A DNA stretch of 63,910 nucleotides, counting the filler, from Folioceros fuciformis (lineage: Eukaryota): assembly GCA_049999805.1 (NCBI GenBank). It is 7 parts of 7 records of this genome, joined end to end, with 100 filler letters (N's around TTAATTAATTAA, not from the genome) between each part and the next. Parts side by side here need not be neighbours in the genome. Positions count along the whole stretch, not along the records: positions 47,654 to 56,897 come from JBNGIO010001111.1; positions 56,998 to 62,736 come from JBNGIO010001115.1; 5 more parts are not named here. One strand, 5' to 3'. Under the pieces are notes generated by a model. The model was given only the letters and a program-made list of their open reading frames with translations, had not been told where the DNA came from and searched no databases. Positions 47,871 to 62,836 of the stretch are shown piece after piece; position 1 is the stretch's first letter; every line of letters starts with the position of its first letter. The translations under genes and the position numbers were made by a program.

Positions 47871-49122
47871 AGTCTTCCATGGCCGAGGAACCATTTCGGC
47901 TCGAAGCTGATTCCGCTGAATAAGCTACCGTTTTCAGGCGAGGTTCCGGATGCAGATCCCGTTGCTTCTTACCTCCTCTCCATCTTTCCCACTACTCATA
48001 CTCCTCCCCTGGAGGCTGGCTCAGCCACCAAGGGTGAACAGTTGCAGGGGAAGACTTAGCAGGCGGCCATCCAGCAAGGAAGAGGCGGCTTCCGTAGATC
48101 TTTGAAGATCAGACATCCTCTGAAGTCTCAGGATAGTCTAAGAGGTGGTAGATCCTTGTGGTGGTAGGGCCAGCTCATTGATGGTAGGATGTGCTAGAAG
48201 TCTAAATAAGTGGCTAGTGACACCCGGCTAGGCTAGTGGTCCTATTAAAATAATATTTGCCAAGTTAGAGAGAGGTGCAATCAGAGAGAGAGTCAGAGGC
48301 TCCTATAAAATCAGGTGAGCCTGTAGGAGGAGGTAGTCATTCACTTTGGGAGTCAGTTTGTTACTTCGTGAGCTCTTGGAGGTACTCTCTTCATGAGCTC
48401 TTGTGGTCTGTCCCTGCTTGGTTTAGGACGTGCAGTGTGTTCCTGGCTGTGCAACATCTGGTAGGATCACAAGCAATGTGTTGCCGGTTGTACAGTGTCT
48501 GGTAGGATCACAAGGTGTAATGACCAGGGTGAAGGGGCTTGCCCCTAGCTCTTGATTGTAGAGGATGTGTCTTTCTCTCAACCTGTCCACTTTTATTCCC
48601 TGTTTGGACAAGTGCTGTGGGCTGGCCATGTTTCATGGCGTCTACTAAGGTTGTGGGGAGGAGATATCCGAGAGGAGAGTGTGTTCCCTTCTTTCTTTTC
48701 TTTGGGGTTGGTCTAGTGACTCTTGCCGGGTAGGAGGAGTCAGTAGGGAAGTGTAGAAGGTAGTGGTGTCGTTGTTAGTTGCTGGTGCTGGTGCTGGAGC
48801 GAGAGAGTGAGTGAAGTGAGTGAGGGAAGTCGCAGATTTGAGAGGTTAGGGCTGTTGTAGTGACTAGAGAGAGTTTGTAGGCACCGAGAGAGGTGCAGCT
48901 GACCGCTGGACAGTGAGGCCTGTCCTACGTGTGATCGGAGCAGAAGGGGAGCCCTCGAATCCATCATCGAGTCAATTGAGTCCGACCTTCCTTCCACAGC
49001 AGCAAGGAACTCCATCGCTCCTTTGTGGAAACGGAACCCAATGTCTCAACGACAGTGGGATAAGTGTGGCCACTAAAGGTGGAACCCATGGGCAATCAGT
49101 GCCCGGGGTTTTGCCTCCACAC
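47871..49122. mobile_element. Family B LTR-like repeat (copy 3); may extend left to the contig edge at 47654
   Basis: Colinear with 34858-36183, ends ggggttttgcctccacac; fewer internal tandem units than copy 1. Confidence 0.87.
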
Positions 49123-49865
49123 TCCTATTGATCATTCTTCTACCTCTGCTCCTTCTGGCACAATCCCCGACACCCAAACTCCAATACCACCAGACCCTGG
49201 AGCTACTTCAGGGCCTATACATGAACCCCTTCTTAGTTTGATCCAGTAGGTGCTGGGCTCCTTCTGAACAATGGCAAGAACCCCGTTATGAATATGTGGA
49301 TTTTCGGATATCCTATGCAGAGAGTGTTCACTTTGCATCTATGACTATCCACCTAGAACCATAGTCATTATCAACAGCACTTAGTGGACCTGACCGAAAC
49401 GAATGGAAAATGGCTGTCAATGATGAATTCAATTCTTTGATTAAGAATGAAACCTGGAAACTTATAGATTGGCCATCTAGATGTCAACCCACATCCTATA
49501 CATGGGTGGTTAAACTTAACTTAAATGCTGAAGGAGAAATAACTAGGTATATAAGGCTCGGTTAGTCGGCATACCTCACAAACATGCCGTGGGGAGTTTA
49601 CTATTTATTGCTAACTAGACCAAGCCGCCAAGCATAGCTAATATTGTAAACAAGCTTTCTCAATTTCTTGAGAAACCAGGAATTACCCATAGGGTAGCCA
49701 CAAAACGTGTTTTTCGCTATTTAGAAGGCACTCAAATTTAAGGTTTGCAATACAAGAGTAGCCATACAAGCTTTCTCACCTTAAAAGGATATATACTAAT
49801 GCAGATTGGGCATGGAATGGAGATTCCAAAAGAGGCCTTTCTACTTATTGTCTTATGCAGCTTGT
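49123..49865 (+). mobile_element. Heavily deleted Ty1/copia RT remnant
   Basis: EWKMAVNDEFNSLIKNETWKL..VKLNLNAEGEITRY, then LSQFLEKPG..TKRVFRYLEGT after a large deletion. Confidence 0.8.
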
Positions 49866-50268
49866 GGAAGAGGGAGGACAGACCTTGCCATTCAAGATCT
49901 CCATCTCAGGCGGGCTACAGCATGGTCTGGTATTTTGGTTTGATTCCAAGAACAGGAGTAGGCGGATTGCAGCTTTGCAAACATTTATGATTTTGGGGAT
50001 TTTGGGATTTGCTGAGCGCCCCTTTCACTTCTGCTGGTTTCTTATAGTGACAACGTGCTGGAGAGGAGAATAGATCCCACCATCGAGGTGTTTGGCTCAG
50101 CTTGGTCAGAAAGTGGGAGGGGAGGATCCCATTTATTTGACACTTACGTTTCAATTTTGGATGTGTGAGTGCCATTCGTCGTTGCTGACCTTTCTCAGAG
50201 GATGAGGCGTGGGTGCTGACCCCTAGACAGCCCCATTTTAGGGACTGTATAGTCCTAATTCTAATGGC

Positions 50269-53200
50269 TGTGGGAACAGTCCCATTTCTAACAAATTTAG
50301 GTAGATACAGATCAATTAAACACATAAGATAATTACATTGTGTCAATAATACATGAGTATATGTTATGAAAAGCAACTTAAGCCACATATAAAACATCGT
50401 GACCTAATCAAACGACGTAACCCTAATGAAAAGGCATGTTATGAAGGTTTTAACTTAACTAAACCACTGAACCCTAATCATCTATCCAACACACATATTC
50501 CTTCACTCCCACTTGTTGGTAATGATTTCTTGTATAGTCTTTGGTCTGCTGGAGGCTACCCGTGAGACTATGATTCATCTATGCCTTCAATTTCATGCTT
50601 CATAGCCATCATCTCCTATACTCGGTTACGCTCTCACATTCCTGTCAATTCTGATCAAGATACTTTGCGCTAGAGTGAAGTCGGCAGAGATGAGGTGCGG
50701 GTTCCTTATAACATTGGCTTTTTTCATTTCATTTCACTCTCACTCTCCGAGCTACTGCAACAGAGGATCGCTTTTCTTCTCATCACCACGGCTTCCTCAG
50801 ATTGCGACTATGAGCCTAGTCCTAAGCGCCACTTGATACAAGATTCCAAGGGCCAGTTTGCCGTTAAGACAACTACCACTCTTGGAGCTTCGACACCGAC
50901 TGCTGCAAAAGGTGTTAAGCGGGGAGTAGGGAGACCCTAAGGGCACCACTAAGGAGTTCTTGGAGCAATGAAAAACCGCTAAGGCTACTGCGTTCAAGGC
51001 AAATTGCGACATGGGTAGCCCTTCAGCCCCACCTGCACCCAAGGCAAAGACGACGGCTGCAAAACTGAAACAGCCCGATTTTGCCTATTCTAATGATGAG
51101 TCTCGTTGTGCTCCACCTATTGTGTTCCCTAAGCCTACTGACACAAATTGTGAGACAAGAATTGTCAATTGTGGGACTATGAAGCACCCTCGCTCACTTG
51201 TATGGTACAAGGCGTGGATAGGCTATACTGAGATCACCATGAGAAGAGTTGGCGTGCACATCTGTAAAACCTATCCTAGTCACATCGTGAGCACATACAG
51301 TAAGCATATGTGAACCTTTCTTATTCTGGTTGCTCCTGTTATTTTGTCTTGTGGTAATCTCTTACGCTTGCTCCCACTTCTTCTGTACAGGGTCTAATAT
51401 AAGACTCGAGAAAGAAGCTGATCTTGAGTCTGAGGAACGGATTTCTTATGAAGAACGTTGTCTCCGCAACTCTCCAAGATCAAATGAGAGTTTTTCTTTT
51501 GTTAGTAGTAATGGCCATGACTCCTGCGTAGAAGAGGAGGAGTCCGAACCCGAGTCTCCGCATTCTAGAGAGTCAGTAGACTTTGGCTACTCCTCTGACC
51601 ATGGTAGTTTTGACTCGCGTTTTTAGGCCTTAGGGCATTACATTGAACTATTGCTGCTGCTGGATAAGAGAGCTATTGACTCTCCCATCCCTAAGCGTTG
51701 GACATGTCTTTGGCGAGCATCTCTGCTAAGTGCCTTTGTGAGAATGTTTGTTGGGTTGCTTTGTGTTGATACATACTCGAGTGCTATGGTTCCTGCTCCC
51801 ACCAGTTCCCTAATATAGTGATACTCGACTTCTACGTGCTTCGTTCGAGAATGGAACACATGATTCTTGGCTAGTGCCTTCGAGCCCTGATTGTCAGTGT
51901 AGATAGTTGTGCATGTGGAAAGTGGAATCCCAAGTTCTGAGAAGAGTAATTTGCACCACACAACTTCCTTGGCAGCTGCAATTAATACCTAATATTCTAC
52001 TTCGGTACTAGAGAGAGCCACAGTCGGTTGTTTCTTGCTAGACCAGCATATTGGTTCACTAGCAAAACATAGCACATACCCAAAACCAGATTTTCTTGTG
52101 TTTATATCACCTCCGTAGTCAGAATCCGTGTAGACTTCTATGTCCAGGGTCTGTCTAATCTGTTGTTTGCAGGAGATCCCCAAAGTTGGTGTCCCTTTCA
52201 AGTACCTAAAGATACGTTTCAGACTGGCCAAATGTTTTGGACCCGGATTTTTCAAGAACTACGATAAAGCACTTGCTGCATAGGCCACCTCTAGCCTTGT
52301 TGTATTCGATGCATATATTAGCTTACCTACTCCCTTTTTGTAAGTTATCTTTGACATTTGATCCTTTTCTGCCTGTGTAGAAGGAGACATACTCCGACTG
52401 AGCTTAACTCCCGTGGGCAGAGGGGTAGAAGCGGGCTTTGCATCCTTAAGGCCTAACTGCTTAGCACTATTCATAAGGTAACGTGGCTAAGATGGAGTCA
52501 TTACACGAGTCTGCCTGTTTCTTTGAATATGAATGCCTAGGCAACTTTGCAAGGGGCCAAGGCTAGGCATCTTGAATTTTGTGGCTAGCATATATGTGAT
52601 GCTTGTTATAAAAGCTTGGCTGTTGCTAGAAAGGATTAGGTCGTCCACATAAATTGCAAGGTAACATATCACGTCTCCCTTTATGTAGACATGCAGACTA
52701 CTGTCCGCCTTGCTCTTGGTGAAGCTTAATTCCAGTAACTTTGTCTCTAAAGCTGCATTCCATTTCATAGCTGATTGCTTCAAGCCATACAAGCATTTAA
52801 TTAGCCGGCAAGCATGATTCTCTTTTCCTTTTACCTCATATCTAGAAGGCTATTGCATGTATATCTCTGTGTCCAATTTCCCGTGTAGAAATGCTGTTTT
52901 GACATCATACATTTGTAGCTCATAATCATAGTGTGTGGATATGGCAAGGATTGTTCTAAGGGTGGTAAGCTTGACGACTGGAGCGAAAGTTTCAAGATAG
53001 TCCAGTCCAGGGACTTAAGAGAAACCCCTTGCGACCAAGCGAGCCTTGTACCTATCAAAGGTACCATCTACCTTTACTTTCAACTTGAAGACCCATTTGC
53101 AAGAAACCAACTTTTTGCATAGTGGCAATTCTGCAAGCTCCCATGTGCCATTTTTTATTAGAGAGTCATATTCTGACTGAATGGCTTTCTCCCACTCGAT

Positions 53201-53300
53201 GTGGTCAGGTCTACTCAACGCCTCTTGGTAGTATTGTGGTTCTACAAGATCCAGGGACGTTGCAGCATTAGCTTTCACATGTGAGGAAGTGACTCTAACA
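50269..53300 (-). mobile_element. Ty1/copia element 3' half (RT, RNase H, 1.1-kb 3' region, PPT, putative 3' LTR)
   Basis: KWVFKLK..RYKARLVARGFS, YGLKQSA, LAIYVDD, YTDSDYGG, WSSKKQPTVALSSTE, HSRTKHVEVEYHY; pol stop at 51638. PPT AAGTGGGAG at 50514-50506 is followed by TG at 50505, with a candidate LTR end CA at 50269. Confidence 0.9.
50788..51626 (+). pseudogene. Decayed, spliced antisense ORF in the copia 3' region with an AT-hook-like motif and acidic tail
   Basis: One 1-nt frameshift (about 50937), one TGA (50969) and a GT-AG intron 51300-51390 (phase 1, in frame) link three ORF-track fragments: KRGVGRPKG ... EEEESEPES. Putative start ACG in accACGg context. Confidence 0.55.
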
Positions 53301-53599
53301 TCGGGTGCACGGTAATAATCTGGAGGTTTTTTTTTCGCGAAGAAAAAAATCTGATTATTCGCAGCTTAGGTTGCAGCAAGGGTACAACAATTACATATGC
53401 AACTAATTGAGGAGTTAGCATACAAGCTAATTCTAAGCTGCAAAAACGAGTAAATCTGATCTGTCCTGCAGGCGGGAGATACTCGGCCCTAATGGAACTT
53501 ACTTGCCCTGCGGGCAGGAGTGGTCCCACTGGCCATTGTGCCGGAGCAAACCTGCTAATTTCCACTCTTTCCGTCTGAACTTAGTGTGAATGGAAGTTC

Positions 53600-54840
53600 G
53601 AATACTTTCCGCGACCATAAGGACCTATTCCTAGATGCACCACAGCAGAGCTTTCCCAGATACCGAATCGCTCCCGCCATAGACCATCGTTGTCCAATTT
53701 TGCCATAAGGAGAAAAGAGACGAGAACCATACCACTCCCCACCATTGGTACTGAAGTAGTGGCCCTCCTAACTGCCCATCAAGCCCGAATAAGGAAGTTT
53801 GCTCAGTAACCAAGATGGTTCTCTCAGGGAGAAGTCTCGGTAACCACCAGCCAACTTTGTTCCAGATACCTTGCGCATAGTCGCACTGAAAGAAAATATG
53901 TTGACTTTTATGAGGGGCGCCAACACTGCGTAGCCTGCAACATTCCTCCCTCGTGGCCACCAACAACCGGTCCCAGTAGTCTACATTAGGCAAGCAAGCT
54001 TGAAAGAAACACCAGATGGTTACCTTCACCTTAGGGGGGATCCCTACAGTTGACCACAAGAGTTTGATCGTTGCCCTAGACTTTGTTGCAGGGTCTGTTT
54101 CATGTTGCCTTGTTCTTCCTGGGTAAGCTAGTGACGTGCCTGCCTAGCCTTGTAGTGCGTAGTAATCCCTCTTAGGGCCATTCCATCTATTGCATCTTCC
54201 TCTGTACCTCTCTCCTCCGGAAGCCCCTCTGTGTTCAGCATCCTATAAGAGAGATTCTGTTTATCATTTGTCAGTGATGACACAAGCACCGCTCTTTCAA
54301 AGTCTGGGAGGGGCACATCCACCTCTTGGTCGGAGTCACATGACCTATCTTCCATGGGGTAAGCTCCCCACATATTGATGCCCACCTCGGCCTGCTGTAG
54401 TAGCGCGTGCTTCACCTTCTCTACCATCCCTTCCTGTAGCCAAGAAAGCATTAGTCTCACATGTCGGATAGGAACCCCAAACTCTTCTCTTGCCTCCTCC
54501 ACTGTTTTCCAGCCATCCTCTATTTGGTTCCACAAGTGTCCGAGTTGCACAATGCCTCTTCTACTAGCGGAACCAAAGATCTGGGACCAATACACCCGGG
54601 AAAGGAAGTCCTGTCACCACAGCCCCTTAAAGCCTTGGAGAGGAAGGCCCAATACATCATCCCTATTCCTAGGCTTGGCAAGGAGAAGGAAGGTTTTAAC
54701 CTCCAAGAAGCGGCACCAGATTGAGGCAAAGAGAGGAGAACAATCCCTGGTGTCTAACATGGGTCTATCCGCTAGTAGGTTGTCCATAGACCTCCAACCC
54801 CGGGTGTGGAGACCACATGGTGCATAGGCCCCTTAGAAAA
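53600..54840 (-). mobile_element. LINE (L1-type) ORF2 C-terminal remnant including a zf-RVT-like region
   Basis: LWSTVGIPPKVKVTIW..LP..C..C..HIFFQCDYAQGIW..WFSSLFSLWQNW matches the plant LINE zinc-finger region downstream of RT; degenerate. Confidence 0.8.
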
Positions 54841-54850
54841 TGGGTGGTAT

Positions 54851-56897
54851 TTGTTTTTTTTTGGAGTTTTGACAGAATTCCTTGGAGAGGTAATTAGGAA
54901 ACTATGTTAGATAAGGCTAGATTAAATAGGATGATCAGAGATAGTGGTGGTGCAGTTCAGAAAGTCAACAATCGTCTAACTAGAACGGGGCCGTGGAAAA
55001 TGTGAAGTAGGGGGTAGGTGTGCCCGTGGAGAGGGACGCCAGTGTGTGTGGAACCCTAAGTCGGGCGTGTGAGGGTGAGTTGGGGCCTCGGGAGCGTGCG
55101 GAAGGCGGTTGGGCATAGGCATGGGGGTGACGTGCTTAGACTTGCCATGGCCTTGCCCAGGTGCGCTGGGGGCTGAGGATCTTGAGAGCAGGCAGGCTGG
55201 GCCTTGTGGGAAGGCTGCCTGGTCGGAGCTGGGAGCCAACAGCGGCCCGGCCGTGCGACCAGCGGGGCTGATTAGCTGATTGCATCGGCGGCAGGATGGC
55301 AGGCGCCTGGCCGTCGGATCCGGCCGGCTGGTCGAGGATGGGCCAGGCGGGACAGGTCATGACGGGAAGACTAGCCAGGCTGCTGGATTTGCGCGGCAGG
55401 GTCAAAGCCAGTTTTAGACGATTGGGCGCAGGGGTGCAAGTTTCCAGGCGAGGGCCTGGAGCTGAGCAGCGGCTAGGGGTTGAGGGGCAGGCGGCCCGAC
55501 ACTGGCGCAAGTGGCGGGCCGACACTAGTGCAGGCAGGCAGCCCAGAAGACAGGCCGTCCTGCCCCGCCGACCAGCGGGGCTCAGCGGGATCTGGGGCCA
55601 GCCAGGCGGGCTGCAGGCAAGGCTGGGGGGACGACGGATCCAGCAGCCAGGTCGACCAGCTACACCATGGCCAGTCGGCGGCTGGCTGGATCATGGCCAA
55701 AGCAGCTAGGGTGCAGGTAGGCGCGGCCACCGGGCCGGCTGCGGAGGGGGCTGCAGGAAATTCAGGCCGGCAGGCGGATCAGCAGCTGCTGGATTTGGAA
55801 TCAGCAGGCAGTTGGCTGGGGGAAGTCCAGGCCAGGGGGGATCCTGGCAGGTGGCTGGCCCAGCAGCAGCTGGTTGAGAAGCGGGCAGCCAGGCAAGGCT
55901 GTTTGATTTAGGAGGCAGGCGGCGGGCTGGTTGGCTGGCAAGCAACCCGATCGTCAGTATGGGAACCGGTAGGCAGCACCCCGCCCAGCAGATCGGGCTG
56001 CAGGCAGCCAGCACCGGCAGTGGGTGGCGTGCAATCGGGTGGTGGGCAGGATCGGTTAGGCAACAAGGCAGCTGGGGAAGCCAGGCAGTGACTGGCTGCA
56101 GGAACCAAGCAGCCAGGCACGCTGGCTGCCTCGCTAGATCCGGAAGGCAAGAGGCCGGTGTGTGGCCTCAATGCAGGCGGCCTGGCGCTAAAGGCTGACT
56201 GCGTGGGAGGAAGGGCTCCACATGGCTGGGGCCGGACTTGGTCGGCCAGGGGATTAGAGGGGAGCACTGGCCTCCAGGTGACCGGTGCTCCGAGCAATCA
56301 GTCGAGTAGACTGGCTGGTTGGTGGAGAATCTAAGCCTTGCCAGATTGTTGGGGCTGAGTGGGCCGGGGTGGTAGGATCCAGGCAACCATGCCGGTGGAA
56401 TCCAAGCAGGAATGAGGGGCTTAGGTAGCCATGCGGGTGGTCGGATTGTGACCGGTCGACGGGCTGGCTGAATCCCGGTAGGTGGCTGGCCTAGCAACAG
56501 CTGGCTGGACCGAGGCCAGGCCTACCAAGCGGGGAGCAAGGGTGGCCCTCATGAGACGGCTGGGGGCTGGATTCGGGAGCCACGCAACGACCTGCGGCCT
56601 GGCTATAGGATCCTAAGCAAGAAAGTCAGCGGTATTTGGGCTCTAGTCTCAGGCGGATCCGACTGACTACAGATGCAAGGGAAGGTGCCTGCAAGGGAAG
56701 GTGCCTGGGCCGTGGCTGATGGTTAGCTGTCTAGATACGGGCTGCAGGGCACTACGGGCTGCAGGGCACTAGATGAGTAGATCTGCCGGGTCATGGGCCT
56801 TGGCCAACAGAATGGAGGGAAGATCTTTGAAGGATTGCAGGTGATCCAAGGGAAAGTAGAGGGTCAGAGAAGGGAAAAGGGTGTCGAGAGGTACTGG
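54851..56897 (-). mobile_element. Repeat family A copy 2 (inverted), without the USP insert, with an A-rich 3' end
   Basis: Reverse complement aligns to 31811-32180 and to later blocks of copy 1. The minus strand ends aaaactccaaaaaaaaaacaaa at about 54870-54850. Confidence 0.72.
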
Positions 56898-56997
56898 NNN
56901 NNNNNNNNNNNNNNNNNNNNNNNNNNNNNNNNNNNNNNNNNTTAATTAATTAANNNNNNNNNNNNNNNNNNNNNNNNNNNNNNNNNNNNNNNNNNNN
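56898..56997. other. Artificial contig linker
   Basis: N44-TTAATTAATTAA-N44. Confidence 0.98.
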
Positions 56998-57791
56998 TTA
57001 GAACACGTTGCGCATTTGTAGTCCCCAGCTAACTTACCTGGAGACTTCTTAGATTTGGTGTCCTTTGCATCTTTGGAGCCGACTTCGGGACCCTTCTTGC
57101 CTCCTTTTTGACCTCCTGCCTTGCCATCGCTGGCAGGCTGAGGCACCGGGCCCTTCACCTTCACTTCAGGGGTCTCTGCTCCACCTTTCGGCTTTTTAGC
57201 TGCAGGAGAGACCTTGTTCGTGGGAGTAGCAGGGAACGCCCTTTTCTTCGACTCATGCTTCGGTTCTTCCTCTTCCTCAGAGGATTCATCCTCTTCCTCG
57301 CCGTCCTCCTCACCATCCTCGTCGTCATCCTCATCCATGTCGTCATCGTCATCCTCGGCAACTATCGGAGCAGCTGCCTTAACCGTTGCCTTGACCACCT
57401 CCGGCTTGGCCCTGGACAAGGGCACGGCCTCAGGAATCGTATCGTCGTCCTGGTCATCCTCGTCGTCGTCATCTTCGTCGGTGAACTCTTCCTCCCGTGG
57501 ACTGTCGGTCTTATAGCCGCACACGTAAACACTGGAGCCAGTACCGCTGTGGAACAACTTGAACTCCCTGTCGAAGATGAGGTCCGTATTCATCTGGTCG
57601 CATTTGCCATGCGTCAGGGTTCCCAGTACCACCTGCTTCCCGTCAATCTCCACCCGGATCACCACGCGCTCCTCTTTGCCGTTTATGATCTCTCCCAACG
57701 CCACCTGCGTGACGTGCAAGTATGTGTCCTCTCCTGGATTGCAGCTGACCTTCTTCGAGCCAGGCCTGACCTCTACTCCCCAGAACTCCAT
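56998..57791 (-). CDS. HDT: Plant-specific HD2/HD-tuin (HDT) nucleoplasmin-domain protein with acidic tracts and a C-terminal C2H2 zinc finger (truncated by linker)
   Basis: MEFWGVEV N-terminus, LHVTQVALGE, DLIFDREFKLFH..SVYVCGYK, long D/E tracts, basic NLS region, YKCATC start of the zinc finger. Confidence 0.95.
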
Positions 57792-58248
57792 AGCTTAGCT
57801 CCTGGGGTGAAATCCGAGCTCCTGCACCCGCGTCGAGCGTAGTGTCTATACACGGCGCCGGCGCACGCGACTATTGCAGCTGCGGAGTCCCGAGGCACCA
57901 ATGACCTGATACACCGCTGCTTAATGGAGTGTGTCCTATGTACAGCTTCTTCTTCCACTCCAGAACGTTCGACTATTCGGACCCGTCAATCGTCTGCCAA
58001 GCCGTTTGAAAACTGCACAGGTGGGGTTCTACGAGGGGGGTTCTTAAACCCTATACCCTTCGGCGCCGCAGCGTTTTCCATTTTATTTTTGAGAGGCACA
58101 GGATCCGGTAGATTCTAGATTCAACAATTTTCACTTCGTTTTTACATCACACGTAAATAATAGTAAGATTCAACAGTGCGTGAATTATGATGTTAACAGC
58201 TTTTCCCACGGATTCGTGGTGCCATGATACTCTACTGTTAATACATAG

Positions 58249-61313
<3,065 letters not shown>

Positions 61314-61936
61314 CTTGGCAGGCTGGATCGCGATGCAGCGTCCCCGACCGCGAACAAATGCGAAACCCAGCAAGCTCTGGCCCTCAAATCAGGCAAGATC
61401 CACCACCCAGCCTGACGCGGAGAAACCACGACAGAAATGCCGCGAACACTCGTAAGTCGAATCAATGCGAGTCATGTGTCACAGGACGTGGCTCCATGTG
61501 GTCAAACCAGGCATTTCCTGCTCGCTTCGATCACGTCGTACTGTACATACAGGAGTCCAGGACATTCCACATTCACTTCACTTGGACTCTCCCGCAATCC
61601 CAATAATTCATGCTCCTTATGACCTACACCAAGTGTAACTCCTCTATATAGATACATTTACATATATATGCAATAACTCCAACACATTAATTCCATGTTC
61701 ACTTAAATATCCATCTATCTACACATCTGTTTAATCTAATCTAATGATCTCTCTTTGCCCACCTAAGAAACCACTTGCCTTCATGCTTTCTAGATTCAAA
61801 ACTACACCAAATCCTTCCTTATAAGAAGTTGTTACACGTCTCAAAAAAAACAACTCGACTCATCAACAACATCACACAACCAAGAATCGAGTTATGAAAA
61901 CTCTCCCACAATCGACTCATACATTACAACACTTCA

Positions 61937-62383
61937 CTAAAACGGCGGTGCCGGACAAGCTTTAGGATCAGGTGGGTCTATAGTGTATTGCAAATCACAA
62001 TCGTCCCGCCTATAAGCTGCAGATCGTCTCCAAATGCAATAGTGCTCCAAGAGTTCAACCTCAGCAATCTGGAGGCATACCTTGCATCGATCTTTCATTT
62101 GCTCATGTTCAAGGCCATCAAAGTAGCATGTGACTCGGCCACTGAAAAAAAATGGAAACGTTAACAACAAGTAATATGGAGATATTTCTGGATAATTTTC
62201 CCCTCCGTTTGTGACTAATGTTGATACTCCTGATCTCACAATGCTAATGGCATTATCCAAAGGCCATATTCTTTGACCACATCTGTAGACCACACCCGGC
62301 CCAAATTCAAATGGTTGGGCCTTTACATAAACTAATATAAAATGTAGTATTAGACATGTTTTTAATAAATGAAAATATTTCAT
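61937..62383 (-). CDS. Small secreted cysteine-rich protein, divergent single DUF26/Gnk2-homologous domain
   Basis: Signal-peptide-like MKYFHLLKTCLILHFILVYVKA-Q, then G..TC-x13-CxxCL..A...L...C...A.....C.L.Y, matching the DUF26 C-terminal half except for the spacer length. Intronless. Confidence 0.65.
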   Translation of the reverse strand: MKYFHLLKTCLILHFILVYVKAQPFEFGPGVVYRCGQRIWPLDNAISIVRSGVSTLVTNGGENYPEISPYYLLLTFPFFFSGRVTCYFDGLEHEQMKDRCKVCLQIAEVELLEHYCIWRRSAAYRRDDCDLQYTIDPPDPKACPAPPF

Positions 62384-62736
62384 TCTCTAGATTTGTTTGT
62401 CTCACAAAACATAAAGTATTCTGAATTTTAGAGTCCAGAAAATTAAGGACGTGAAATCCTTTGTGTGTTGATTTGATTGAATTATGTTATGATTATTATG
62501 GAATGGAATGTTAAGTCAATATATAATTTATTATCATAAATAATTAATTAAAAAATCATCGGAATCATTTGGTCAACCATATTCTTTATGAATTGATGAA
62601 TATTTAGTCCTTTTGCAACTTTCTATCACGATCTATCTTTTTTCTGTCAAGTTTTAATGTTTCTTGAAGAAGTTTAAAATCTTATGTATTCATTATGTTA
62701 TGTTAATGATCATTTTTTCCTTTATATATATATATA

Positions 62737-62836
62737 NNNNNNNNNNNNNNNNNNNNNNNNNNNNNNNNNNNNNNNNNNNNTTAATTAATTAANNNNNNNN
62801 NNNNNNNNNNNNNNNNNNNNNNNNNNNNNNNNNNNN
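62737..62836. other. Artificial contig linker
   Basis: N44-TTAATTAATTAA-N44. Confidence 0.98.

Noticed and set aside
57108..57842. 244-aa ORF antisense to HDT, and similar antisense ORFs over DUF4228, IRX7 and the helicase
   Set aside because: Shadow ORFs caused by GC-rich codon usage on the coding strand.
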